This document shows positions 54,237 to 64,000 of a DNA stretch of 64,000 nt, in pieces. The notes beneath the pieces were generated by a model. The model ran no database searches and was not told the DNA's origin. It saw only the letters and a list, made by a program, of their open reading frames with translations. Source of the stretch: Vicinamibacteria bacterium (GTDB lineage Bacteria; Acidobacteriota; Vicinamibacteria; Marinacidobacterales; Marinacidobacteraceae); the NCBI GenBank assembly GCA_963422395.1, contig OY729431.1, positions 2,432,001 through 2,496,000 of the forward strand, written 5' to 3'. The translations under genes and the position numbers were made by a program. Every line of letters begins with the position of its first letter. Position 1 is the first letter of the stretch.

Positions 54237-54641
54237 TCAGGAAAGCGTGGCGACGGTTTCCGGCTGGATGTAGTAGAGGACCCGAACTTCTCCGGGCCGG
54301 CGCCACTCGTAGCGCTCGCCGCCGAGGTACTTCCGGGCGAGGCGGTCGATGCCGCCCTCGGCGCCCTCCTCGGTGATACGCACCACTCGGCCCCGGATCA
54401 TGACCGCCCGGTAAGGGTCGTCGGGGTGGGTCGCCGAAACCGCCACCCGCGGATCGCGGCGAATGTTCCGGTCCTTCAAGCGGCCGGCCGCCGAGTTCAC
54501 CACGATCAGGTCTCCATCGGTCTCGACCCACACCGGGGAGACCTGCGGGCTGCCGTCTTCCATCCGGGTGGCGAGGTGAGCGAAGGCCTTCGCGGCGAAA
54601 AGCTCCCGGATCTCCGGGGCGAGGCTGTCGGTTCTAGGCAT
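54237..54641 (-). CDS. PPOX-class (F420-dependent-type) oxidoreductase
   Basis: AHLATRMEDGSPQVSPVW, KDRNIRRDPRVAVS and IDRLARKY. Confidence 0.85.
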   Translation of the reverse strand: MPRTDSLAPEIRELFAAKAFAHLATRMEDGSPQVSPVWVETDGDLIVVNSAAGRLKDRNIRRDPRVAVSATHPDDPYRAVMIRGRVVRITEEGAEGGIDRLARKYLGGERYEWRRPGEVRVLYYIQPETVATLS

Positions 54642-54661
54642 GGCGGTGCGGCTCCGGACGC

Positions 54662-55759
54662 TCACTCGAGCTCGGCGAGTTCCCTTTCGATTTCGGCTTG
54701 GAGTTGTTGGAACGAGATCGCGCCGCCGATGTAGCGCCCATTCGAGAACACCGCCGGCGTCCCCGTCTGCCCGAATCCCATCGCGGCTTCGAGATCCGCT
54801 TGCACCTGCTCGTAGTGACGGCCGCTGTTCAGGCAGGCATCGAACTCGTCGGTGTCGAGCCCGATCAGCCTGGCATGCTGCTCCAGGGTGTCCGGCGAGA
54901 GGTCTTCGTCGGCCCAGAGCGCGTCGTGGAACTCCCAGAAGCTGCCCTGGTCCCCGGCGCAGAGGGCAGCCTCGGAAGCCTTCTGCGCCCGCGGGTGGAT
55001 GCTGCGCAGCGGATAGTGGCGGAAGACGAGCCGGACCTGTTCCGCCAACTCCTCGGTCTCGCGCATCCGATCCACCGCTTCGTTGAAACGCCGACAGTAC
55101 GGACACTCGAAATCGGAGAACACCACGAGCTCGACCGGAGCGTCCTCGGGGCCGATCGAGGCGTGCCCCGCCGTATCGATCTCGACCCGGTACGCCGGGA
55201 CCGTGAGATCCCACTCGGCCTCGCTGAGGAACTGCTCCCCGGCGAACTCGATGTTCCGGTTCAGCTTCTGGTTGGCGATCTGCCGGCGAAGGTCAACGGC
55301 GATCTCCTCGAGCGGCCGCCCTCCGAACTGCCCGCGGTTCTGCTCGTACACCTGCTGGAGCTCCTCGTTCGAAACTTCGGGCAGGCCGATCACCCGAGTG
55401 TAGTACTGGTTCAGGGTCAATCCCTCGGCATCCGCCGCCTGCGTCAGCAGCCGCTCCCGAGCCGCCCGGATCGCTCCCCGTTCGAGAAGCCGGTGGACCT
55501 CGGTGTAGTACTCGTTCTTGAGCTGCGCGAGCTGCCAGCGATCTTGGTCCGGGAGGGCGTCGAGAGTGAGCTCCTCGCCGTTCAGAATCCCGAGCACCCG
55601 CGAGTCCACCGTCGCCGGCAGGAGCGACTCGGCGGAGCCGGCGCGATCTCCGGAATCCGCCGCCGCACCGCCGCAACCAGCGGCGGCGAGCTGGAAGGCG
55701 GTGAAGAGAAGAGAAACAGCGACAGGGAGCGGAGCGCTCCGACTGAAGAATCTGCGCAT
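54662..55759 (-). CDS. DsbA-like thioredoxin-fold lipoprotein
   Basis: FSDFECPYC, FRHYPL and GTPAVFSNG; lipobox LAAAGC. Confidence 0.85.
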   Translation of the reverse strand: MRRFFSRSAPLPVAVSLLFTAFQLAAAGCGGAAADSGDRAGSAESLLPATVDSRVLGILNGEELTLDALPDQDRWQLAQLKNEYYTEVHRLLERGAIRAARERLLTQAADAEGLTLNQYYTRVIGLPEVSNEELQQVYEQNRGQFGGRPLEEIAVDLRRQIANQKLNRNIEFAGEQFLSEAEWDLTVPAYRVEIDTAGHASIGPEDAPVELVVFSDFECPYCRRFNEAVDRMRETEELAEQVRLVFRHYPLRSIHPRAQKASEAALCAGDQGSFWEFHDALWADEDLSPDTLEQHARLIGLDTDEFDACLNSGRHYEQVQADLEAAMGFGQTGTPAVFSNGRYIGGAISFQQLQAEIERELAELE

Positions 55760-55856
55760 GGGAACACCTCGGTAGGAAACGGCCGCGCGGGGGCGGCAAC
55801 GACCCGCTCGCTGCCAGCAGCCCAATTGGAAAAGCGGCCCGACTGCCGCCGAACTG

Positions 55857-56336
55857 CTAGGCGCCCGGATCGGAGAGGATACCCCGCTCCGGAGCGGCCG
55901 GGCTCGCAACCAGCAGCGTGTACGGCCCGTCGTTCACGAGCGACACCTCCATCTTCGCCCCGAAGTGTCCGGTGCGCACCGTGACCCCTTCGTCCCGGAG
56001 CCGCTCGCAGAACGCTTCGTAGAGGGTCCGAGCCTCCGGACCCGGCGCGGCGCGGGAGAACGAGGGCCGCCTTCCCTTGCTGCAGTTCCCGAACAGAGTG
56101 AACTGGGAGACTGCGAGCACCGCGCCGCCGCGTTCGAGCACGCTCTGCTCCGCGGCTCCCTCCGGGCCGGGGAACACCCGCAGCCCGGCGATCTTCCTCG
56201 CCAACCAGGCGGCAGCATCCCCGGTGTCGGAGCGGGCCACCCCGAGGAGCACCAGGAGCCCGGCGCCGATCGCGGAGACGGATGCGCCGTCCACCGACAC
56301 CGAAGCGCAGGCGACGCGCTGGACTACCGCGAGCAT
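55857..56336 (-). CDS. dtd: D-aminoacyl-tRNA deacylase
   Basis: AVVQRV, VSQFTL, GRRPSF and NDGP. Confidence 0.93.
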   Translation of the reverse strand: MLAVVQRVACASVSVDGASVSAIGAGLLVLLGVARSDTGDAAAWLARKIAGLRVFPGPEGAAEQSVLERGGAVLAVSQFTLFGNCSKGRRPSFSRAAPGPEARTLYEAFCERLRDEGVTVRTGHFGAKMEVSLVNDGPYTLLVASPAAPERGILSDPGA

Positions 56337-56403
56337 GGGAAGGATCGGGCCGGAACGCTACCAGGCAGCCCGGCCCGGACGCCCCGCTCCCGGACCGCTC
56401 GGA

Positions 56404-58149
56404 CTACACGGGCACGCCGCGCGGGGGGCCGTTTCCGGCGCCCGGAGGGATGCCGTAGGCCCGCAGCAAGTCGGAGACCGTGACCACCGCCTCGAGCTGG
56501 CCGAGATCGATCCGACTCACTACCGGCAGGGAATCCATCCCGATCCGACCCATGGTGGCGAGCACATGATCGATCGGCTGGTCGGCATGCGCATGGGGGA
56601 AACTCCGCCCCCGCACCAGGTCGCCGAGGAACTCCTGGTCCTGTCCCCAGCTGTGCCAGCGTTCGAGTTCGGCGAGGGTGATGAGGCCCGAGATCCGGTT
56701 CCCCCGCGCCACCGGCCAGGAGCGCTTGCCGCTGAGCGCCACCCGTTCGATCGCGTCCTCGACAGTGAGGTCGGGGGGGAGCAGCTCGCGCGGGGGCCGC
56801 ATCGCCGCCCGTACCACCGGGTGGGCGCCCTCCCCCTCCGCCGGCGGGAGCCGGATGCCGTCCTGGAGCGCGAGAGCCTCGTACACCGAGACCGGCTGAA
56901 GCCGCCGCGAGACGAAGAAGGAAGTCAGGTTGGCGATCATGAGCGGCACGATGACCGCGTAGCTCTGGGTGATCTCGAAGATCATGAAAACCGACGCCAT
57001 CGGCACCCGGATGATGCCGGCGAACGCTGCGCCCATCCCGACCAGCGCGTAGGCCCCGGAACCGGCCGTGAAGTCGAACCACAGGTCGGCCAGCCCGCCG
57101 ACCACTCCACCGAGCATCGCGCCGAGGAAGATGCTCGGACCGAAGATGCCGCCGGCGTTTCCCGAGGCGTAGGCGATCACCGAGAGCCCGAGGTGGAGCG
57201 CGAGCAGTGCAGCCATGGCGCCCATGGGGAGTTCGCCGGCGAGCGCCCGGCCGACCGGGCCGTAGCCGACTTCGAAGAGTCCGGGGAGCATCAACCACGC
57301 CGCCGCGACCGCCGCCGCGCCGAGCGCCGGCTGGAACCAGCGCGTCGCAGCGGGGAGGCGGCGGAACACCGCACGCAGCCAGAGCAGCAACCGGACGAAA
57401 CCCACCGACATGAGCCCGCCCAGTACCCCGAGCACAGCGTAGATGAGGAGTTCCGCCGGATGCCCGAGCCGGTAGGCCGGGACCGCGAAGAGCGGCTCGT
57501 CGCCGAGCGAGAGCCGCAGCACCAGCCAGCTGGCCACGGCGCTCAGCACGACCGACCCGAGCACGCGGGCGTGGAGGTTGCCGACGATCTCTTCGAGCGA
57601 GAAGAGAATCGCGGCGATCGGAGTGTTGAAGGCGGCGGCGATGGCGGCCGCCGTGCCCACCGGAATCAGTTGCCGCCGCTTTTCCGCGTCGAGCCGCAGG
57701 GCCTCGCCCACCGAGGAAGCGATCCCCGCCCCGATCTGCGCCGAGGGTCCTTCTCGGCCGAGGGGGATCCCGCTCCCCAGAGTGAGCGCCCCGCAGAGGA
57801 ACTTCCCGAAGGGAACCCGGAAGGGGATCCGGCCGTCGCGGGCGACGAGCGCCGCCTTGGTGTCCGGGATGCCGCTTCCCCGCGCCTCGCCGAACCAGCG
57901 ATGCATGAGGAAACCGGCGGCGAGGGCGGCGAGGAAGGGAGCGGCGAAGCGCGCTGCTCCGAGCGCCGGCCCGTGCACCACCGCCTCGGCGAGCCGCTCG
58001 GTCACCACGATGAAGGCGACCACCACGCCGCCCACCAGCGCCCCGATCCCGAGCGTCAGGCCGGTGAAGAATCCTGGGCGTTCCACCAGGTCCCGCGAAG
58101 AAAGCCAGCCCACAGCGCGGCCGGCGGCAGGCATGAAGCGCTGCTTCAT
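56404..58149 (-). CDS. ClC-family chloride channel/antiporter with CBS pair
   Basis: GSGIP, GREGP, AFNTPIA and GGIFGP; C-terminal CBS domains. Confidence 0.9.
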   Translation of the reverse strand: MKQRFMPAAGRAVGWLSSRDLVERPGFFTGLTLGIGALVGGVVVAFIVVTERLAEAVVHGPALGAARFAAPFLAALAAGFLMHRWFGEARGSGIPDTKAALVARDGRIPFRVPFGKFLCGALTLGSGIPLGREGPSAQIGAGIASSVGEALRLDAEKRRQLIPVGTAAAIAAAFNTPIAAILFSLEEIVGNLHARVLGSVVLSAVASWLVLRLSLGDEPLFAVPAYRLGHPAELLIYAVLGVLGGLMSVGFVRLLLWLRAVFRRLPAATRWFQPALGAAAVAAAWLMLPGLFEVGYGPVGRALAGELPMGAMAALLALHLGLSVIAYASGNAGGIFGPSIFLGAMLGGVVGGLADLWFDFTAGSGAYALVGMGAAFAGIIRVPMASVFMIFEITQSYAVIVPLMIANLTSFFVSRRLQPVSVYEALALQDGIRLPPAEGEGAHPVVRAAMRPPRELLPPDLTVEDAIERVALSGKRSWPVARGNRISGLITLAELERWHSWGQDQEFLGDLVRGRSFPHAHADQPIDHVLATMGRIGMDSLPVVSRIDLGQLEAVVTVSDLLRAYGIPPGAGNGPPRGVPV

Positions 58150-59861
58150 CGGGCATTCCCCGGGGAGCGTGCTCTCGGGAGCGAGTGGAGCGCCACACCG
58201 AGAAACACGGTCACGCCGGCGCCGATCAGGTTGTAGTAGAGATAGGAGATCCCCTCGACGCCGAGCGCACGGGGGACGAGGTCGGCGGTCCAGACCGCGG
58301 CGACGCCGCCGAGGACCGCCGGAAATGCGCGGCGGGCACCGCGGGAAGGGAAGACGGCGGCGAGTACGAACGCCCCGAGGATCGGTCCGTAGAAGTACGA
58401 CCCCACCCGATTCACCGCTTCCACCGCGGAGCCGAGCCGGCCCATGTAGAGCGCGGCGCTGGTGGCCACCGTTCCCCAGAACAGGATGCCCAGGCGCCCG
58501 GCTCGCAGGTAGTGCTTCTCGGAAGCGGCCCGGACGCCGGAGCGTTCCCGGAAACGGCGGTAGAAATCCACCACGCTCGCAGTGGAGAGTGCCGAGAGTT
58601 CCGATTCCACCGTGGACATGGCGGCGGCGAGCACCGCGATCAGGATGAGGCCGACGATTCCCGGAGGCAGCTGGGTGAAAACGAAGGTCGGGAAGACATG
58701 GTTCGTATCGCTCCACGGCTCGCCGCGCGCCGCAGAAGCAGCGCGAACGGCTTCGGTGCGGCTCTCCTGCAGGGCCCGGTCGGCGGCCAGGTAACGCTCA
58801 CGGACCGCCGGCTCAGCCGCCTCTCCAGCAGCAGCGAAGCGGAGCGCGGCGTCGCGGCGCTCGGCGAAAGCCCGGTCGTAGCGGGCTTCGGTTTCCGCCA
58901 TCGCCGCGGGATCGGCAGCGCGGGTTTCGGCGAGGGTCACCGGATCGAAGAGCAGCGGCGGCTTCTCGAATTGGTAGAAGACGAAGAGCAGCGCCCCGGT
59001 GAGCAGGATCACGAACTGCACCGGCAGCTTGGCGAAAGCGTTGAACAGCAGCGACAGCCGGCTCTCGCGCAGCGAGCGGCCGGTGAGGTAGCGCTGCACC
59101 TGGCTCTGGTCGCAACCGAAGTAGGAGAGCATCAGGAAGAGCCCGCCGAGCAGTCCGGTCCAGACGGTGTAGGTGAGCCGAGGATCGGGATCGAAGGAAA
59201 GGGTCTCGAGCCGCCCGGTGGCCCCGGCTAGCCGGAGCGCGTCACCCAGGCCGACCTGTTCCGGCAGACCGAAGACGACGGATCCGAGACAGAAGAAGAT
59301 GCCGAGCAGGATGATGAGCATCTGCCAGGTCTCGACCCACATCACCGCCCGCATCCCCCCGAGCGCGGTATAGATGGTGGCGAAGCCGCCGATCAGGAGC
59401 ACGGTGAGGGTCTCGTCGAGCGAGAACACCACCGAGAGCACCACCGACGGGGCGTAGATCACCACTGCGCCGGAGAGCGCCCGGCCGAACAGGAACAAAA
59501 GGCTGGTGAGGGAGCGGGTTCCGGGTCCGCACCGCTTTTCCAGGTATTCGTAGGCGGTGAACACCCGCGCCCGGTAGAAGAGCGGCACCAGGGTGACGCA
59601 CAGGATCACCATGGCGATCGGCAGCGCCAGGTAGATCTGGAGGAAGCGCATCCCGTCCACATAGGCCTGCCCGGTAGTGCCCACGAGGGTGATGGCGCTC
59701 GCCTGGGTCGCCATCACCGAGAGGCCCATCGCGTACCAGGGCATGGAACGGCGGGCCAGGAAGTAGTCTTCGAGCCCCCGGTTCCCCCGGCCGGTGAGCG
59801 CGCCGACGGCGACGATCAGGCCGAAGTAGGCCGCGACGACGATCCAGTCGAGGAGCTGCAC
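58146..59861 (-). CDS. Sodium:solute symporter
   Basis: DYFLA, ATQASAIT, GGMRAV, DQSQVQRYL and AAAMST. Confidence 0.92.
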   Translation of the reverse strand: MQLLDWIVVAAYFGLIVAVGALTGRGNRGLEDYFLARRSMPWYAMGLSVMATQASAITLVGTTGQAYVDGMRFLQIYLALPIAMVILCVTLVPLFYRARVFTAYEYLEKRCGPGTRSLTSLLFLFGRALSGAVVIYAPSVVLSVVFSLDETLTVLLIGGFATIYTALGGMRAVMWVETWQMLIILLGIFFCLGSVVFGLPEQVGLGDALRLAGATGRLETLSFDPDPRLTYTVWTGLLGGLFLMLSYFGCDQSQVQRYLTGRSLRESRLSLLFNAFAKLPVQFVILLTGALLFVFYQFEKPPLLFDPVTLAETRAADPAAMAETEARYDRAFAERRDAALRFAAAGEAAEPAVRERYLAADRALQESRTEAVRAASAARGEPWSDTNHVFPTFVFTQLPPGIVGLILIAVLAAAMSTVESELSALSTASVVDFYRRFRERSGVRAASEKHYLRAGRLGILFWGTVATSAALYMGRLGSAVEAVNRVGSYFYGPILGAFVLAAVFPSRGARRAFPAVLGGVAAVWTADLVPRALGVEGISYLYYNLIGAGVTVFLGVALHSLPRARSPGNAR

Positions 59862-59872
59862 CGTCCCCCCGA

Positions 59873-60013
59873 TCAGGGCGCGAACGCCCGGGAGAACAGA
59901 AAGAGGAGGAGGTAGCTGGCGAGCGCGGTCATGAAGACCGCGGCGTAGAGCCGCCTCCAGGAGCGGAAGAAGCCGCTGCCCGCCGGAGGCGGGCCTTCCG
60001 CGTTCTCCGTCAA
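59873..60013 (-). CDS. 46-aa single-TM membrane protein upstream of the SSS transporter
   Basis: TTG start; ...GFFRSWRRLYAAVFMTALASYLLLFLFSRAFAP*; not in the ORF track because of its size. Confidence 0.6.
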   Translation of the reverse strand: MTENAEGPPPAGSGFFRSWRRLYAAVFMTALASYLLLFLFSRAFAP

Positions 60014-60200
60014 AAGACCGTTTCGGACGCCAGCGGGCGCGAACGCCGCACCCGGCGGACTCCCGTCAGGAGAGGCGAGGCACGCAGCGCGTTTTCCATC
60101 AGGGGAGTATCGAAGAGGCGGCTAGACTCACCGGCCGATACCGGGCCGCCGGCCGGCTCGTGCCGAGGATTCTAGGGAGCTGTCCGGAATCGCGGGATCC

Positions 60201-63029
60201 TTGGCGGTCCCGGCGAAGTACGGAATGGCGAAGCAAGGGGTGGCGAAGGACGGAATCATGAGCATCTCGCCGCAGGCGAAGCGAGCCGCGCTTACGCCGC
60301 GCACTTTTCCGGTTGGCCCCCTCCTGGGCTTGTTCCTCGCGCTCGGGGCGCTCTTGGGAGCGGCGGCCCCTGCCGGCGCCCAGCTTCGCCCCCTCGCCGA
60401 AGACCGCGGCGCGACGGGTCTGGGTCTCAAGCTGCGCAAGATCGCGAGCGGAGTCTCGGTGCTCGCCATCACCGCGCATCCGGACGACGAGAACAACGCC
60501 CTCCACGCGCTGCTGAGCCGGGGGCTGGGGGCGCGGGTGTCGCTCTTGACGCTGACCCGCGGCGGCGGCGGCCAGAACGAGATCGGACCGGAGCTCGGCG
60601 ATGGCCTGCGGCTGCTCCGGACCGAGGAACTCCGCGCTTCGCACCGGCTCGACGAAGTGGAGCAGTACTTCGGGATGGTGTCCGACTTCGGTTATTCGTT
60701 CAGCGTCGAGGAGACCTTCGAGAAATGGGGCCGCGAGCAGACGCTCGGCGAGGTAGTGCGAATGATCCGGGCGATCCGGCCCGATGTCGTCCTCACCCTG
60801 CCGCCTTTCGGCACCGGCGGCGGCCAGCACCATCAGGCCGCCGGACGGCTCGCGCACCTCGCGTTCGATGCGGCGGGAGACCCCGATCGCTTCCCGGAGC
60901 ACGCCGCCCTCGGACTCCTCCCCTGGCAACCGCTGCGCCTCTTCGTGGGGGGAGTGGGCGGGGGTTCGGGCGCCGCCGACGGGCGGACGGTCGAGATCGA
61001 GACCTCGATCTGGGACCCGCTCCTCGGCCGCACCTACGATGATCTCGGACAGGAGGCGCGATCCGCCCACCGCTGTCAGGGGATGGGGCAGGTCCGGGGA
61101 GCAGCGGGGTTTCCGACCCGCCTCGTCGAAACCCGTACCGCGGGTCCCGAAACCGAAAGCGGGGAGGGAATCTTCGCCGGCATTCCCACCGGGATCGAGC
61201 GGCTGGAGGCGTTCCTCGACGGAACGCCCGAGGCGATGGCCGAAGCCGGGGGCTTCCTCGACACGCTCGAGGAAGCAGTAGCAGATGCCCAGGCCGCGTT
61301 CTCGGCGGTCTCACCCGGCGATTCGCTTCCCGGCCTCCGCCGGGCGCTCGCCTCGGCACGGAAACTGCGGAGGGGGGCGCTTCCCGAGGGGCTGACCGAG
61401 AAGAGCCGCCACGAGATCGAACACCGAGTGGCGCTCCGGGAGCGGCAGCTCGGGGAAGCGCTCGCGCTCGCCCACGGGCTTACCGTGGACGCGGTCGCCG
61501 ATGCCGGCGAAGTCGTCCCTGGCGGCCGGTTTGGCGCCGAAGTCTTCGTGAGCGGCAGCGCCGCCGACCCGGTCACCGTAACCGGGGTCGACCTCGAAGT
61601 CCCCGAGGGATGGAGGGTGGCGATGGCGCAGGATGTCCTTTCTCCCCCGCGCGGCGCCGGCCCCCGCCGCCGGCCCCCGCCGCCGGCGCTCGGACCCGGC
61701 GACTTCCCGCGGCCAGCCGGCGCCGGAACCCCGCTGCGGACAGTCTTCGGCGTCTCGGTCCCCGAGGGCGCAGCGCTCAGCCGGCAGCCCTGGCGAGAGC
61801 TCTCCGGACAGGACCGCTTCGCGCCGGCAACGGAAGCGCTCTTCGGGCTGCCGGTGCGGCCGCCGCGGGTGAGAGCGCGGGTCTCCTTCGAATCCGGGGG
61901 TATTTCCGCTTCGGTGCGGCTGCCGCTGGAATACCGCTACGAAGGGGAGTGGGTCGGGACCGAAAAGCAGAAAGAGGTGTCGGTCCTGCCGCGGGTCTCG
62001 GTCGGGGTGACGCCGGAGATCGTGGTGTTCCCCCGCGGGGGCGGCCCCCGGCAGCTCACCGTTTCCGTCGTCCACCGGGGATCGGGGTCCGCGGAATTCG
62101 AGACCGCGCTGCGCGCTCCCGAGGGCTGGATCGTGAGCCCGGCCAGCGGACCGGTTTCCTTTTCCGGCCCCGGCGAAACTCGTCTGGAGTTCGAGGTGAG
62201 CGCGCCCCCGAACGCCGCCGCCGGCCGCTACCCGCTGGAAGCCCTGGCCCAGCCCGCCTCCGGCGGCGCGCCCTTCCGGGAGACCGTCGAAACCATCGCC
62301 TACCACCACATCGAAACCCGCTACCTCTTCCGGCGCGCCGAGGCCGGAGCGCGGGTGCTCGACGCGGCGGTCGCGCCGGTCCGCGTCGGCTATGTGGAAG
62401 GAGTCGGGGACGAGGTGGCGGAGGCCATCGCTCAGCTCGGCGTCCCGCTGACCTTCCTCGACGAAGAAGCGCTCGCTGCAGGCGACCTCTCGATTTACGA
62501 CACGATCGTGCTGGGGGTTCGCGCCTATCTGGCCCGCCCCGACCTGCGGACCCACAACGACCGCCTGCTGGAGTTCGTGGAAGCGGGAGGCACGCTGCTC
62601 GTCCAATACCACAAGTTCGAGTTCAACGCCGCGCAGTGGGGGCCCTACCCCGTTTCCGTCGGACGCGGCCGGGTGACCGTCGAGGACGCCCCGATGCAGG
62701 TCCTCGTTCCCGACCACCCGGTATTCCTCGCGCCGAACCGGATCGGCGCCGCCGACTGGGACGACTGGGTCCAGGAGCGCGGGCTCTACTTCCTGGCGCC
62801 GGGCGGCGATCCCGCCTATCGGGACCTGCTCGCCTCCGAAGACCCCGTGGAATACAACGCCGGCGAAAAGCGCGGCCTCCTGGTCGAAGCACGGCACGGC
62901 GCGGGCCGCTGGCTCTACCTGGGCCTCGGCATCTGGCGCCAGCTCCCCGCCGGCACTCCGGGCGCCTACCGGCTGCTCGCGAACCTCCTCAGCCTCGGGT
63001 CGCGCTCGGCGGTCGCGACCGAGCCGTGA
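60201..63029 (+). CDS. PIG-L family deacetylase with Ig-like (NEW3-like) and C-terminal GATase-like domains, secreted
   Basis: TAHPDDEN, GGQNEIG, DFGYS, GQHHQAAG and AHRCQGMG; start probably near 60258. Confidence 0.85.
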   Translation: MAVPAKYGMAKQGVAKDGIMSISPQAKRAALTPRTFPVGPLLGLFLALGALLGAAAPAGAQLRPLAEDRGATGLGLKLRKIASGVSVLAITAHPDDENNALHALLSRGLGARVSLLTLTRGGGGQNEIGPELGDGLRLLRTEELRASHRLDEVEQYFGMVSDFGYSFSVEETFEKWGREQTLGEVVRMIRAIRPDVVLTLPPFGTGGGQHHQAAGRLAHLAFDAAGDPDRFPEHAALGLLPWQPLRLFVGGVGGGSGAADGRTVEIETSIWDPLLGRTYDDLGQEARSAHRCQGMGQVRGAAGFPTRLVETRTAGPETESGEGIFAGIPTGIERLEAFLDGTPEAMAEAGGFLDTLEEAVADAQAAFSAVSPGDSLPGLRRALASARKLRRGALPEGLTEKSRHEIEHRVALRERQLGEALALAHGLTVDAVADAGEVVPGGRFGAEVFVSGSAADPVTVTGVDLEVPEGWRVAMAQDVLSPPRGAGPRRRPPPPALGPGDFPRPAGAGTPLRTVFGVSVPEGAALSRQPWRELSGQDRFAPATEALFGLPVRPPRVRARVSFESGGISASVRLPLEYRYEGEWVGTEKQKEVSVLPRVSVGVTPEIVVFPRGGGPRQLTVSVVHRGSGSAEFETALRAPEGWIVSPASGPVSFSGPGETRLEFEVSAPPNAAAGRYPLEALAQPASGGAPFRETVETIAYHHIETRYLFRRAEAGARVLDAAVAPVRVGYVEGVGDEVAEAIAQLGVPLTFLDEEALAAGDLSIYDTIVLGVRAYLARPDLRTHNDRLLEFVEAGGTLLVQYHKFEFNAAQWGPYPVSVGRGRVTVEDAPMQVLVPDHPVFLAPNRIGAADWDDWVQERGLYFLAPGGDPAYRDLLASEDPVEYNAGEKRGLLVEARHGAGRWLYLGLGIWRQLPAGTPGAYRLLANLLSLGSRSAVATEP

Positions 63030-63385
63030 GCGACCGGTCATTCCTCCTACCTCGCCATCCTCCTCGCCCCGATCCGCGTCTCGGCGTCGTATCGGCCGCA
63101 ATTCGGCAGGCGTGACTCCTGGCTCGGGTTTGGACATGCCGATGATGTCGATGATGTATGCCGCGCACGAGGCGGCCGGCGGTATCACGAGCCTTCGACC
63201 GAAGATGCCGCGTGGTCCTACCGGGTTCCGGATCAGGGCCAGAGCTCCCGCCGGAGCCACAGACTGCTTGCTCTCGACGCCCTTTTCCACTCGACCGGAT
63301 TCCGCCCGACGATGACCGCCAACGAAACCGCATCCGGCGAAACCCAAAGCGGGCGGCGGAAGGGGCGCCCGTCGAGGCCGACTCG

Positions 63386-64000
63386 CTACAGGCGGAAGAG
63401 ATAGTTCAGCTTCAACGAAAGGCTGCGGTTCTCGACGAAGAAGACGTCCGACCACTCGTCGATCTCGGTATAGACCAGGAAGAGGTCGGTGCCTGGCTTC
63501 GGAATCCAGTGGAAGCGGACATTCGAGGCCAGGTCGTCGGTGGCGTCGTTGTACTGGAAGAGGCCGAGGAGGACCAGGTCGTTCCGGAAGGCGAGCCGCA
63601 TCCGGGTCGAGATCAGGTGGGTGTTCAGATCGCCGCCGGGCAGCCGGATCCGGTTGTACTCGTAGCTTCCCCTCACTCCGAAGTTCCGGGTGATCCGGTA
63701 ATTGCCGCCCAGCGACCAGAGGTCGCGCGTTCCACCCCAGAAACTACCGAATTCGTAATCGGTGCGGAGCGAGGCGTAGCGGCGGCGGTAGGTGTTCAGG
63801 GAGAACTGGTAGCGCCGGAACGGATACTCCCCAGCGGGGATCCGGACTCCGTTGATCGAGTAGTCATCGGAGGTGAACTCGTACTGGTCGGTGATCTCGA
63901 AGGAGAATTCGTCACCGCTCTCGAGGGCAGCCCGTCCGTTCAGCGTGGCGCGGCGGGTCTCTAGGACACCCTCGAGATTCGCGGTGCGGTTCAGGTTCGC
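63386..64000 (-). CDS. C-terminal part of a second DUF5916-type outer-membrane protein (starts beyond the window)
   Basis: ...LFQYNDATDDLASNVRFHWIPKPGTDLFLVY...LKLNYLFRL resembles the C-terminus of 14764-17154 ([30 protein letters not shown]). Confidence 0.75.
   Translation of the reverse strand, partial: ANLNRTANLEGVLETRRATLNGRAALESGDEFSFEITDQYEFTSDDYSINGVRIPAGEYPFRRYQFSLNTYRRRYASLRTDYEFGSFWGGTRDLWSLGGNYRITRNFGVRGSYEYNRIRLPGGDLNTHLISTRMRLAFRNDLVLLGLFQYNDATDDLASNVRFHWIPKPGTDLFLVYTEIDEWSDVFFVENRSLSLKLNYLFRL

Overview
GC-rich bacterial chromosome segment (about 70% GC by eye). The left half is a defence-rich accessory region. It holds a Uma2 nuclease and a type I R-M operon (HTH-fused hsdM, hsdS, a two-gene DUF6978-like/DUF1828 insert, hsdR, YgjP-like M48 peptidase). 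At about 17.8-32.2 kb lies a DNA-phosphorothioation (PT) locus: a sulfur-binding-domain HNH endonuclease divergent from an SspB-C-D-A-like writer operon (DUF4007, large ATPase, PAPS-reductase-like protein, cysteine desulfurase). No sspE or sspFGH follows. Instead there is a small GIY-YIG nuclease, three DGQHR (DndB/ParB-like) proteins and a SNF2 helicase. The sspB-like gene is frameshifted at a 32-C homopolymer. This locus is the best candidate for an undescribed system. The right half is mostly housekeeping: rhomboid, uvrA, DUF2090, rluB-cmk fusion, scpB, scpA, trpS, uvrC, qor, glmS, M28 peptidase, glcDEF, yjbQ, SDR, PPOX, DsbA-like, dtd, ClC, SSS transporter and PIG-L deacetylase. No rRNA, tRNA, CRISPR array, integrase or transposase was recognised. 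All family calls come from motifs read by eye, not from database searches.
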